64,000 nt of DNA from Octopus vulgaris (Eukaryota): the NCBI GenBank assembly GCA_951406725.2, contig OX597838.1, positions 12,276,001-12,340,000 on the forward strand, given 5' to 3'. The position numbers and the translations under genes are program-made. The notes beneath the pieces were generated by a model. It had not been told where the DNA came from, did no database searches, and saw only the letters and a program-made list of their open reading frames with translations. The first letter of the stretch is position 1. Each line of letters opens with the position of its first letter. Positions 14,123 through 28,353 of the stretch are shown here, in pieces.

Positions 14123-14160
14123 CTGTCTGATGAACGGCAACGAGAAACTCAGAGTAACAG
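14123..14160 (+). ncRNA. Minimal type I hammerhead ribozyme motif
   Basis: ctgt-CTGATGA-acg(gcaa)cga-GAAA-ctcagag-TA-acag. Confidence 0.68.
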
Positions 14161-14192
14161 ATTTTGTTGAATTTTCTGCTGCTTAAAATAAA

Positions 14193-14247
<55 letters not shown>

Positions 14248-14791
14248 ATTCTGCCTAAATAATGGAACTGCAGATAAAATATCCCTGCGTATCTCACGTT
14301 TATTTTCATTCCTCCACTTCACTCTCTATTTCATATCTTATCTAGAATAACTATTGCTTAACCATTCTCTCACACCGTTTATTAGCTGCCAAAACTCTTC
14401 CGAAGACGGGGGGTAGCTCGACGAACGCACGAGCATATGGAGTTCTAACACGAAGTTATTAGTATCGCTATACCTAAGAGAATTATTGGTTTTAAATTTG
14501 GCATAAGGCCAGCAATGTCTGGGTAAGGATAAGTAGATTACATCGACCCCACGTCTCTTCTCTTTCTCTTTAAAATGAAAAGTAAATAGATGAAAATTCT
14601 TTACGGAAATTAACGAACCCCGGACGACAGTTATGAGGGTCAAAGCGAAAGATCGCCATTCACTTGAAAATAATTCAAGAAGAATTAAAATATAATTTGT
14701 TTAAAGAAAGCTAAAAGATAAATACTTACTGTACAAACAACTTACATTTTTGAAATCACATTCACTTGAAAATATTTCTAAATGATTAAAA

Positions 14792-15008
14792 TATTCTTTT
14801 CTACTCTAGGCACACGGCCCGAAATTTTTTGGGAAGGGGGTCAGTTCATTAGATCAACCCCACTACGCAACTGATACTTAATTTATCGACCACGAAAGGA
14901 TGAAAGGCAAAGTCGACCTCGGCGGCATTTGAATTCAGAACGTAAAGACAGACGACATACCACAAAGCATTTTGCCCGGCGTGCTAATGGTTCTGCCAGC
15001 ACACCGGC
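14792..15008 (-). mobile_element. SINE family B variant with an alternative 3' tail
   Basis: Same head and central domain, but the tail is ccttcccaaaaaatttcgggccgtgtgcctagagtagaaaaagaat. Similar tails occur near 39450, 46180, 51700 and 53530. Confidence 0.75.
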
Positions 15009-15504
15009 TTTCCTAAGCGAAATATTGAAATATATACACATGTAATCTTTTCTGTTTGCACTCGCCTTTCATGTTGTTTTTCATTTGTATCCCTTGCAAC
15101 ACAAGCGAACGGAACATTATCGTAAGTGTCGAAATTCGGCTGATATTTGGTCGGTAACTCGTCTATCTCCTCTTGTGTTGTTTCTTGTTATTCCGTGATC
15201 CCTTTTGTTGTCTCCTGCAGCCGAATTGTTATTATATATGTATATGTTTGTATATTTACATACACTGCACACACACACATGCGCGCGCACATGACATGCT
15301 TTCGTAAAAATATTCGGTTGCCAAATTTACACAGAAGTTATTGATCATCAACTGAAGCTATAATAACAGACATTTGACCAGGTCGGCCCGCACGTTATAG
15401 CCCCGGGGGAACCAGGGACTGAACCTGGAACTACTTGGCTGGAAATTGAACTTCTTAACCACACGGCTGTGACTGCATCTATTCATTGTTTCTGCTAATC
15501 ATTT

Positions 15505-16075
<571 letters not shown>

Positions 16076-16498
16076 ATCTTGCACAAGACAATACGCCGTT
16101 GGAATACACTATTAAATTTCTTAATCAATATATACTGCCACTAAATGTTAAAACCAATAACAACCGACGGCGCTGCACATAACATTTCTCGAAAGTAACA
16201 GTCAACAACGTTCTGCTTCTCTATGGAAGCAACTAAGTAGAGGTTTCAATAACCAAGTTTTAATTGTTCCTGAAGGAAGAATCCTGTAGATTATGATTTA
16301 ACCAGAGGGTTGTTGAGACAAGAAATGCTAAACGGATGTTTTATTAAAAGTACGCATTGCATGATAAATTCTTTACAAAATATTCAAAACTGCTAAATTG
16401 GGCAAAATTTTTACTCACGTGCACACTCATACATTTGAATATATATATATATATATCCACATAAACATACAAATACGTAGTCGCATATATGTGTTTGT

Positions 16499-16529
<31 letters not shown>

Positions 16530-17526
16530 CTTATGTATTTATGAAAACACATATCTATAGACATATATCTATAGAAATGTATAGACATGCGCACAGATAA
16601 CACACATACATATATGTACATATGTAAATACGTATATATATATATAGGTATATATAGGTATACACAATATATACATGTATACAGATGCACATGTGCACAT
16701 ACATATACACAGACACACCAGCCTACATACGGACATACATATACATATGCATATACATATACAGACACACACATGCACACATACATACATACATACATAC
16801 ATACATACGTACATGCATGCATACATACATACACACACACACATACATACATACATAATTTCATACATACATACATACATACATACATACATACACATAC
16901 ACATACAGACACACACATGCACACATACATACATACATACATACATACACACATATATACATACATACATTCATACATACATACATACACACATATATAC
17001 ATACATACATTCATACATACATACATACATACATACATACACATACACATACAGACACACACATGCACACATACATACATACATACATACATACATACAC
17101 ACATACATACATACATACATACATACATACATACATACATACATACATACATACTTACTTACCGAATAGGTTCGCCTGCAGAGATGTACTGTTAATAACT
17201 ATAATTATTTTCGTTCGTCAAAAAACGAAGAATCACCAGATTTAAACATCAAATAAGGAGATAATTTTGGCTTTGGTCTCAACAGCCATGTTTAATCCAT
17301 GCAACCATGTTGTTATTGTTGCTGTTGTTGTTGTTGTGTTGTTGTTGTTGTTGTTGTTGATGTTTTCGTTGTTATTGTAATGGCTTTTGTAACTGTTGCT
17401 GCTGTCGTAGCTGTTACGATCGACCACAAGTTTCCAGTGGGGGGAATACGCACGTGCATGTGTGTATGTGTGTGCGTGTGTGTGTGTGTGTCTGTGCGTG
17501 TGTGTGTGTCTGTGTGTGTGTGCGTG

Positions 17527-17573
<47 letters not shown>

Positions 17574-17632
17574 GTGCGTGTGTGTGTGCGCGTGTGTGCG
17601 TGTGTGTGTCTGCGTGTGTGTGTCTGTGTGTC

Positions 17633-17672
<40 letters not shown>

Positions 17673-18005
17673 CAGATATTCATACATACGTATATGCATG
17701 TGAACAATAACAAAAGGAAATGGATAGTTTAAACTGACATACGTTAATTTATTAACATCATATATTATTATTATTATTATAGTATAAAAATAAATATAGT
17801 CCCTACAATTGTTTCTATTCAAACTCTCCATTCAATCCAAACTCTCTATTTTCCTTTTATTATGGTATATTGTGTGTGCATATACCCATCTGTATTGGAG
17901 AAAATGTTTTCTACTATATTGGGCATTGAACAGTTAACCAGTGAAAATTGGATGCTTTACATCCCTATAAGAAGAGCTTATGTCCTGGATCTTTTTAATA
18001 TATGC

Positions 18006-18087
<82 letters not shown>

Positions 18088-18267
18088 TGGGAAAGGAAAT
18101 AAAGAAAATGCTGACAAAATAATTTAAGTAAGAACCGGAGAGTGTATTTAATTAGGTGAAAGTTCTTTTTACCGGTTGCGCATTTGTTATGCTTATCAAA
18201 AGATATTTTGAGTTAGATAGAGTTCCTTTCTGATTGATTTTTTATGTCTCTTATCTTCAGATATTTT

Positions 18268-18318
<51 letters not shown>

Positions 18319-18742
18319 TGATGTTTCCGACTAAACACTTCCAATGGTGCTCCAGCGTGGTCTTTTTCCAATGAGTAAGACAAGTAAAAAAATAATAATA
18401 CAGATACAACAATCGGTTTTCCCAAACTTTTGCTTCCAACGCCCCTCCCGATCAATGATTTTTTTTCCTAACCAGGGATGGTCACTTTGGCCAATAGTCT
18501 AAATTAAACAATATTGAATTTACTTAAAGGTAGCTGTGTGTTAAGACGTTCCCAACCACATGGTTCCGGGATCATTCCCACTACGTGTCATCTTGGGCAA
18601 GTGTCTTCTACTACAGTTTTGTGCCGACCAAAGCCTTAAGTGGATTTGGTAGATGGAAACACAAAGAGAAAACACAACAACGCGAGGACGTGGAACAAAT
18701 ATAGTATTATTGGACGCTCAGCAAGGAAGGGAAGAAGAGGGA

Positions 18743-18775
18743 TTTAACGTTTCGAGCGGAGCTCTTCGTCAGAAA
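18743..18775 (-). ncRNA. Minimal hammerhead ribozyme motif
   Basis: ttt-CTGACGA-a-gagc(tcc)gctc-GAAA-cg-TT-aaa, with a palindromic AACGTT stem III. Confidence 0.6.
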
Positions 18776-19462
18776 CATAGGAAAAGGAAAGATCCAAGGA
18801 AAGGAAGACGGTGGAAAAGAAATCGCCAAATGTTGTGGGGAGGGATCAATCGATTAGATGAATCTCTGACAGAAATCAATAAATGATTTGATTCATTGAA
18901 CCTCGACGCATTACAGGCTAAAATCGATGACGGTGCGATCCGAACTCTAAACGTAAAGATAGATACCGCAATTAAATACCGGCGGGTATTTTTGTCTGAT
19001 GCTCCACCGATTGCGCCAATCCATCACCCACGCCTTTGTGTAGTTAACATAAGTGATATCATGAGATATTGATTTGGTTCAGGAAGCGTGAAGAAAACCA
19101 ATTTACTGGAACGATATCAAAATATATTGATGAAAGACAATTTTATTTTATTTTATTTTATTTATCTACATTTTTAAAAAAGTTAATTTAAAATATATTT
19201 TTTTTAAAATTCAAATACCTTACGGAGGTTATTAACAAAAACTGTGTATTGAACTACGAATTCTGCACTCGAACACATACCACACACACACACACACACA
19301 CATATTCGTACGTTCATACACATACGCATACTCACTCACATACACGTCCACATAAAGGTACACACACATAAACACATATCTACGCATGTGCGTAGATGCA
19401 GTAAAAGAAACACACATATGTGTGTTCTCTTACTACACACGCACACATATGCACAGATGTGT

Positions 19463-19525
<63 letters not shown>

Positions 19526-19925
19526 TGTGTGTGTGTGTGTGTGTAACGAATGTAGGAAACGAAAAATGGAGTGACCAAGAATCTTTATTCAACACAGCGC
19601 GATCGTTCCGACGTATCCTGCATCTGTCCCTTACGAGTGCGATATTGCGCAGCTAGTTGTGTTGCACCCACCTTCGCGGGTTGCATCTCGTCAGAATACG
19701 CAGACCCAGTCATCTGTAACCGACTGAAGACTGACCATGCAACAGGGAGCCTGATACGATTTATCCGTATGCCTCTAATATGACCGGCGAGAGCGAGTGG
19801 GGTGTCTGTCCGTGTTTACACATGTGTCAACACGTGTAGACCCATTCTGCTTCATCTTGTAATTCGGATCCTTTGTCATGTTTTATTTGCTATCATATTA
19901 CTTTAATTTATGTTATGTACCCAAT

Positions 19926-20225
19926 GTGAAGGCGCATGGCTCAGTGGTTAGAGCGTCGTGTTGTGTTCTCGTGCAAGGCACTTTATTTCACGTTGCTCCA
20001 GTTCACTCAGCTGTAGAAATGAGTTGCGACGTCACTGGTGCCAAGCTGTATCGACCTTTGTCTTTCTCTTGGATAACACTGGTGGCGTGGAGAGGGAGGC
20101 TGGTATGCATGGGCGACTGCTGGTCTTCCATAAACAACCTTGCCCGGACTTGTGTCTAGGAGGGTAACTTTCTAGGTGCAATCTCATGGTCATTCATGAC
20201 CGAAGGGGGTCTTTACCCTTTACCC
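19926..20225 (+). mobile_element. tRNA-derived SINE family D (B-box region deleted)
   Basis: A box TGGCTCAGTGG, CORE-like gcaaggcactttatttcacgttgctccag, tail (tttaccc)2. A related head lies at about 62750-62865. Confidence 0.65.
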
Positions 20226-20549
20226 ACTGTAACTTGAGCCAAACCCATCTACTAGTTATAACCCGGCAATGTTTTCCATTTACTGCCTGTATAGCCAATA
20301 TTCTACAGGTGACTACAACATGCCAAGCGAAATTCAGTATATGTTATAAAGTATCTCTATATATGAAAACGGCAAAATGTCTGTCTGTGTGTGTGTCCTT
20401 TACACAGAATATATACTGGGGTCGATGTCTTCACTTTAGGCAGTGCTCCAGCATGACTGCAGCGAAACAAGTAAAACAGTAGAAACAAGTAAAACAATAG
20501 AAAAACTATGCTATTTTCCCCCAGTAATGCTCGATATCTCTGCTAGTAT

Positions 20550-20792
20550 TCTTTTACTTTTTTATTCGTTTCAGTCATTTTGACTGCGGCTATGCTGGAG
20601 CACCGCATTTAGTCGAGCAAAGCGACCCCAGGACGTATTCTTTGTAAGCCTAGTATTTATTCTATCGGTTCTCTTTTGCCGAACCGCTAAGTTACGGGCA
20701 CGTAAGCACAGCACCATCGGTTGTCAAGCGATGATGGGGGACACGCACACACAAACATATACACAGACATACACGCACACACACACACACAA

Positions 20793-20872
<80 letters not shown>

Positions 20873-21020
20873 CGGGCTTCTTTCAGTTTCCGTCTCACAA
20901 AGATTTGGTCAGCCTGAGGCTATAGTAGAAGCCACTTGACCAAGGTGCCACGCAGTGGTACTGAACCCGTAATCATGTGGTTGGTTAGCAGGCTTCTTAC
21001 CACACAGCTACTCCTACGCC
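20550..21020 (-). mobile_element. SINE family A
   Basis: Full-length match to family A with a small internal deletion. Confidence 0.88.
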
Positions 21021-21364
21021 TATATGTTTATCTGTGTGTGTATATATATAAAGATATGTATGTATGTATATATGTACATACATTCATACATGCATTCATA
21101 TGCACGAAAGCATGCATCTATAGACATGCACATACGTGCATACAAAGTCGAGTATTATCATTGCCACATTTGAATGTCGCGTTGTTGATGACACTGATGG
21201 ATTTACTCCGTTCTTTAAGCGACAACTGCCTGTAATTGGTGACAAACCAGACAATCCTTGACGATAGATCCTGTATCAATTTCTACCACGACTACGAAAG
21301 CAATCATGTTTTTAATGTTTGTTCCTTTTTTAAACTATCGTTTGGTATAAATATATATATATGC

Positions 21365-21419
<55 letters not shown>

Positions 21420-21469
21420 TATGTATATATATATGTGTATATATATATATGTATATATATATGTATATA

Positions 21470-21627
<158 letters not shown>

Positions 21628-21856
21628 GAGTGCCTCTGTTTACGTTTGTATCTACGTATCTTCTTAAATGTGTATGGTATGCGCATGCGTGTGCCCGCTT
21701 CGCTATCTTAATTAAACGTCAGTTTTTTAAACATTCTCATCAGTATCATCATCATCATCATCGACATCTTCATCATCATCATCGTTGTTGTTGTTGTTGT
21801 TGTTGTTGTTAATTTTCTATTTTAACCGAATATTCAGCGAAGTGGAAACGTTTGCG

Positions 21857-21880
21857 TGTGACGTCATTGATGACGTCACA
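21857..21880. promoter_or_regulatory. Double CRE (TGACGTCA x2) palindrome
   Basis: tgTGACGTCAttgaTGACGTCAca; sites at 21859-21866 and 21871-21878. Confidence 0.45.
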
Positions 21881-22489
21881 TATCTGATCCTTCCTCTGAG
21901 CGAAAGAATGTGTTCTGAGACTTGTAATTAATTTTTTTTTTTCGTTATTTACTTTTTTTTTTGTGTGTTTTTTTTTTTTTTTTTTTGGTCTCTTACATTG
22001 CTAAAAGGAATTAAATTCTATGTAGAGAAACAGTGTAATGGCGATGGTGGAACCTGTTCTGCTATAATTCCATTCACGTCTCGAATCCATTATAAGAAGA
22101 TTTTTTTTATGTTTTGTCTTTTACTTGTTTCGGTCATTGTGCGGTGGCCATGCTGGGGCACCACCTTGATGGGTTTTTTTGTCAAACAAATATCTACCTC
22201 AGCACTTATGCCTTTTATTTCAATCTGGCACTTATTCTATTGATTTCTTTTGCTGAACCGCTAAGTTACGGGGAAGTAAACTAATCCACACCTAGTTATT
22301 ATTTTAAACCTGTAGACATTCTATTATTTTTATGCCCATAATTTGTGTTTGTGTGTGTGTGTCTATATATGTGAATATAAATATTTATGTGTGTGTGTTT
22401 GTGTGTGTGTATGGTTTTTTTTAGAAAAACATAAAACCGGAAAAGCACACTCTAAGCGGTAGAGAAATCTATATTTATTATTTACATGT

Positions 22490-22720
22490 GCGGTGAGCTG
22501 GCAGAAACGGTAGCACGCCGGTCGAAATGCGTAGCCGTATTTCGTCTGCCGTTACGTTCTGAGTTCAAATTCCGCCGAGGTCGACTTTGCCTTTCATCCT
22601 TTCGGGGTCGATAAATTAAGTACCAGTTACGCACTGGGGTCGATGGAATCGACTTAATCGCTTTGTCTGTCCTTGTTTGTCCCCTCTGTGTTTAGCCCCT
22701 TGTGTGTAGTAAAAGAAATA
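22490..22720 (+). mobile_element. SINE family B
   Basis: Full-length match. Confidence 0.88.
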
Positions 22721-22959
22721 TATATTTATTACTGGTGGTGGCAGGGTTAAAAGGCCTGTTGGCCTATGGTCTCTTTAAAATCTGGAGGGGAAAACGATAC
22801 AGATATGAACAATAGGGATTATCTCCCTTTGCTGCTGGTCATCGGCTTCCGGCTATGTCGTCCTCCTTCAGCTACGCCACTTGTCGGCTGAGGTTAAAAG
22901 TTAGGGGGCAGGTTATCTCCCACTGTCATCAGCAATCAATTTCCAGCTGTGTTGCAACT

Positions 22960-24260
22960 GACCACAAACCAACTTTGCCTCTAACACTAAGTGATCAACC
23001 CGGCCAGATCCGAGATTGGTCTGGTGAGGAAAGATTTTGTGAGATATCAATAATACCATCAGAAGGGTAACTAACCTCTCCCTGTGGCGCAGTACCGGCG
23101 AAGTGACCGCATGGTTTAACGTCAATAAGGGTTGAGGCAGGGGAAGGTTCATCCAGTTTGATATAGTCGATTTTTACCCGTTTATATCGAAAGAGTTACT
23201 GGCCAAAGCACTTTCTTTCGCAAGGGGCCTCACTGACGTTAGAGATCATTATACTGTTTAACAAAGGTTCGGTGTTGGTCAAACAATCCGACCCCTCGGC
23301 TCCTTTGACGTAGTGGTGGGAGCCTACGACAGTGCTGACGTTTGCGACCTTATTGGATGGTATAACCTGGATACCCTTAGGAAAAAATTTCTCTTTGTCC
23401 TCTTTGACCTCTACAAAGATGAGGCCCTGGCTATCTCTCGGGGAGCAAGTGGCCAGAAGCATTTCATTTTCTTCAGTGGTAACACTAACCGGTGAACCAC
23501 TTATCTGTGCATTGCAGATGGACCCACTCTGCTCGAATTTGTCACGTATTCTGTAAACTGTTGATCTTGACGGAGCTGGACTTTGGAATTTTTCAGTCCA
23601 TTCCTGTCTAACCATTTCTGCTGTACTGCTTGATGATTCACTTTCCGTCATCGTTCATCAAATTTCCAGCCATATAATAAATATCTGAAATTAGGAACAA
23701 TTATTTTATCACAGAAAGAATTAAATGAAAAGAACATAGAATCATAGAATACCACACCGTATACGAAAAAGTGAAAAATAATAGAAAAATCCACACCATA
23801 CGTCAATGGATCAAAAAATGTAAGCTATGCGTAGCTGAAAGAACACAAATCCTTTTCAGATCTAAGAACTCTACCACACTGCTGAATTCCAGATCTGAAA
23901 TTTTCAGCGGTTGTAAACATATGGATAAGTACCTGTTGGCGAATTAGAAAGTAACATCCTCCCTGGATTGAGCAGCTGTACTGCAGACTCTGGGCCACAA
24001 TCCTTTCAGCCTTGTAAATTTACGGTCAAATTCTCCTCCTTTTGCTTCTTACTGTTTTCTTTTTCGTTTTCCGGTTTTTTAACCTTCCACCTTTTATATC
24101 TACTTCTTTCTTGCCTTTTGTCGTTTTCTTTCTCATCCCATCGTCTTGTTTTTAGTTTACCATACCATGAGGGCACGGCTTGAGCGCTAAAGCACCAGAC
24201 GTGTTAAAAACGCTGTCTGGGCTTCGTTCGTCGCATGAAACTGATAGTAGCTTATAAAAA
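22960..24260 (+). pseudogene. Decayed Penelope-like retroelement (probably Naiad clade): RT and C-terminal remnants
   Basis: Hand-translated motifs: INPARSEIGLVRK; LWRSTGEVTAWF; FIQFDIVDFYPFISKELLAKAL (from 23148); DVVVGAYDSADVCDLIG; LYKDEALA; CKLCVAERTQIL...LLNSRSEIFSGCKHMDKYLLAN* (23819-23947). Contains stops and frameshifts. Confidence 0.8.
23460..23690 (-). pseudogene. Tc1/mariner-superfamily transposase N-terminal HTH fragment, inside the Penelope-like element
   Basis: VRQEWTEKFQSPAPSRSTVYRIRDKFEQSGSICNAQISGSPVSVTTEEN resembles the DUF4817-type HTH followed by an SGRP-like motif. Confidence 0.7.
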
Positions 24261-25092
24261 CATATACTGTGTTTATCAAATAATATTTATCTCACCAGAT
24301 GAAGTTTTTTTTCTTCTTAATCTTACCATCTCGGAACAGTACACTATGTGTGTGTGTGTGGATGTGTGTGTGGGGGTGAATGTGAGTGTGGATGTGTGTG
24401 TGTGTGTGTGTGTGGATGTGTGTGTGTGCGTGCGTGTGTGTGTGTGTGTGTGAAAATGACAACGAGGAAAATGAACATTTGTAAAGCAGACCCTCAATAA
24501 ATGTTTGTGTCAAAAACAAAAGCAACAGGATGACGACCTGATAAGTCTGGAGGAGTCCCACATACACCAGGATAACCGTGAAAGGATTGCACAGCTGGCT
24601 AGACTTCCGACACAAAGGGGACGAAGACATAACGTTGCCGAACTTACGCTAATGAAGTATTGAAAGGGAATCTTCTAACGACTTTTGCCCAATGGCAACA
24701 AAGCACAAAGAAGAGCGGAATTACGTTCTTTCCCCCACACTGGACCGCCAAATAAGAAATAATTCGATGGTAAATATATAGAGAGATGGAACCCTGGGAA
24801 GCAATTAGATTACAGTTCAACAACTAATATGCATCTTTCTGTTAATTACGGTATACAGCAATTTCTGTATGCGCGTGTGTGTGTGCTATATTAATAAATA
24901 TTTCTATACGTATATGATAATAGATTCTTATTAAAGTGAGTGAATATATGTCTTTAGGTGAGTGTCGACGGATGTATGTGAGAATATATATATTTGGTAT
25001 GGCTGTTATTGTATGAGCAGAATAGTTTCATAAGACATCTATTCGATGTATACATATACTTATACATACATACACACATACATACATATATG

Positions 25093-25182
<90 letters not shown>

Positions 25183-25184
<2 letters not shown>

Positions 25185-25262
25185 CGCAGGAGTGGCTGTG
25201 TGGTAAGTAGATTGCTTAGGAGCCACATGGTTACGGTTTCAGTCCCACTGCATGGCACTTTG
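25183..25262 (+). mobile_element. SINE family A, head-only fragment
   Basis: ggcgcaggagtggctgtgtggtaagtag...cagtcccactgc directly after (TA)n. Confidence 0.8.
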
Positions 25263-25631
25263 ACGGTTCATAATGTAAATGAAAGCTAAAATTTTGGCCT
25301 TTAACACAATTCCATTTTTATCTATATCAACCAAATAATAATGCAAACAGAAAAAAATTAAATCTAAAAGTAGGGCAAAAATGTACTCTTTTTAAAAGTT
25401 GAAAATTTGTTTCCCCCTTTTTGTCTATATGGTTTTATTTAATATACATATAGTCATATACTTCTCATTTACTTAGTTTTTCTTTACTTTATCCCTCCTC
25501 TTTCTATAGGCTACCTTTGATGTTATATCCTATAACGTTTTTTTTTAAACAATTTTAATAGCCTTCAGTTAATCACTATACATATCCATCATTTTCTGTT
25601 AAAATATCTCATTGAAGAGTTTCATTTCTTC

Positions 25632-25720
25632 ACTTCCTTGAAGAGAAGATTGCATTGTCTTACACCATTTTATTCCTTTGGAATAATACCAGTGATGTCT
25701 TCGAAACATATGTCGGAAGT
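25632..25720 (+). ncRNA. Type I hammerhead ribozyme-like motif (C3U core variant)
   Basis: acttcc-TTGAAGA-gaaga...tcttc-GAAA-catatg-TC-ggaagt. Confidence 0.65.
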
Positions 25721-25920
25721 AAAAGAATTTGAATAACACCTGCGTTAAACTACATTTATTTATTCATATATATTATACAAAAATTTCACGTAACCCCGAA
25801 GTTTCTACCTTTAAAAACAAGGAGTTACAACCTTTTTACTTGTGTGGTGACTTTTTGGCTACCCTGGTAACTATTTATCTATTTTCCTGTTAATTGTATA
25901 GTTAACGGGAAAAATACACC

Positions 25921-25952
<32 letters not shown>

Positions 25953-26766
25953 CATGCACGTATATGTGTATAGAATATTAATTCGTAGCTGAGTCTACAT
26001 GAGTGAGTAATCGGAATTCTTCGTTCGTGATCTTAGGGTTTGGGAACGAGGAATTTACGGAGATTTACCTTTGGATAAAAGTTATTCCACTCTGTTTCAC
26101 AGTATTGATTGATTTTTTTAATCAGTCCATTGCAGTTCACACCTGTATGAATCCATTACATGATCGTAAATATGAGCACAAAATACACAGATTCACACAC
26201 ACACATATACACTAAACACACGTGTATATATGCGCGCTATATAGTATTTAATATCTAAACATGTTTGCATAATATACGTGTGCATAGTTATGTGTATATA
26301 TGTGTGTATATGTTGCGTGTATGCATATACACACACGCACACATACATGCACACACACACACATTTATATATATAAATTAAGAGAAAATGGAGATTTATG
26401 ATTGACACATTTTAATTCATTAACATAATATATTATTATTATCATTATTATTATTATTATGATCATCTAATATATGATGTATATATTAACAATATAATCT
26501 TAGAATTGTTTGAATTCAGACCCAATAATAAATTTATAAAATATTCATATTATATCATATTATAATATTTATGTAATATTATGTTAATAAATTAGAAGGT
26601 GTCAATCGTAAATCTCCATTTCTTATTCATTTGGTATATTGAATATATAACTATTTGGATTGTGGATAAGTTTTTTTCTGGTATACTGGGTACAAAAACG
26701 CCAAACTAGTGAAAAACGGAATGTTTCCACCCCTATAAAGAAGACTGTTTTCCTTGCTTTGAATTT

Positions 26767-26904
<138 letters not shown>

Positions 26905-27120
26905 ATCTACATGGTCACATGTATACATATATGTGTATGTATGTATGTATGGATATATATGTATATATATATATTTGTTTGCGCACATATGTAATATATA
27001 CACTTTCTAGGTATTGAGTGCCATGTTATATGCATACTTACATATGTACATCTGTGTGTGTATATATATATATGCATATGTATTTATGTATTTCTATATA
27101 ATAGAAAAAGGAAGGGATAT

Positions 27121-27567
27121 AGTGAGTGAGCGAGTGAGTGAGTGAGTGAGTGAGCGAGTGAGTGAGTGAGTGAGCGAGTGAGTGAGTGAGTGACTGAGTG
27201 AGTGACTGAGTAAGTGAGTGAGTGAGTGAGTGAGTGAGTGAGTGAGTGAGTGTGAGAGAGTGAGTGAGTGAGTGAGTGAGTGAGCGAGTGAGTGAGTGAG
27301 TGAGCGAGTGAGTGAGTGAGTGAGTGAGTGAGCGAGTGAGTGAGTGAGTGAGTGAGCGAGTGAGTGAGTGAGTGAGCGAGTGAGTGAGTGAGTGACTGAG
27401 TGAGTGACTGAGTAAGTGAGTGAGTGAGTGAGTGAGTGAGTGAGTGTGAGAGAGTGAGTGAGTGAGTGAGTGAGTGAGTGAGTGAGTGAGTGAGTGAGAG
27501 AGTGAGTGAGTGAGTGAGTGAGTGAGTGACTGATTGACTGACTGACTGACTGATTGAGTGACTGAGT
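27121..27567. repeat. (GAGT)n microsatellite
   Basis: Direct reading. Confidence 0.95.
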
Positions 27568-27836
27568 GTCAGGAGAAAAGAAATGAGACCATTAAAAACG
27601 AAAGGAAAATCAAAGAAAATATGTCAAAACAAAATATAAAGAAAAAGCAAAAAAGAATACAATAAAAGAAAAATTTTGCAGACATGTCAAGAATCATTTA
27701 AATTTAATCCCGATTCGAACCTGGCACGCCCCACCAATTGGTAGCGGCGGTGGAGGAGTCAAGTTGAGGATGAGGGTTGCAAAGAAACAAAGGAAATGAG
27801 GACAGAATGCAAGAATTAATGAGAGAAAATAAAAAC

Positions 27837-28187
27837 GGAAGGAAGGAAGGAAGGAAGGAAGGAAGGAAGGAAGGAAGGAAGGAAGGAAGGAAGGAAGGAA
27901 GGAAGGAAGGAAGGAAGGAAAGAAGGAAGGGAAGGAAGGAAGGATAGAAGGAAGAAAGAAAAGAAGGAAGGAAGGAAGGAAGGAAGGAAGGAAGGAAGGA
28001 AAGAAGGAAGGAAGGAAGGAAGGAAGAAAAGAAGGAAAGAAGGAAGAAAAGAAGGAAGGAAGGAAGGAAGGAAGAAAAGAAGGAAGGAAGGAAGGAAGGA
28101 AGGAAGGAAGGAAGGAAGGAAGGAAGGAAGGAAGGAAGGAAGGAAGGAAGGAAGGAAGGAAGAAAAGAAGGAAGGAATGAAAGAAGG
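27837..28187. repeat. (GGAA)n polypurine microsatellite
   Basis: Direct reading. Confidence 0.95.
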
Positions 28188-28353
28188 TAATTCGGAATGA
28201 GTTTACAAAAAAGGAAGAAACATTTAAAAAATACAAATGAAATATTTATACCACTGTCCTATGCAAATCAGAATTCAACTGGTTCCACCGAGATGTGAAC
28301 TCTGCACCTAGCCACACATCAGGCAATCAAAAAACGAGTTATATATATATTTT

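Noticed and set aside
18165-18202. Further hammerhead-like remnants (here, 42838-42875 and about 47195-47240)
   Set aside because: Stem II and stem III shapes are present, but core nucleotides are mutated (GCAA for GAAA, CTCAAGA, TGATAT). Too degenerate to call.
23196-23651. 151-aa ORF as an intact gene
   Set aside because: It is a chimera of a transposase HTH fragment and antisense Penelope-like RT sequence.
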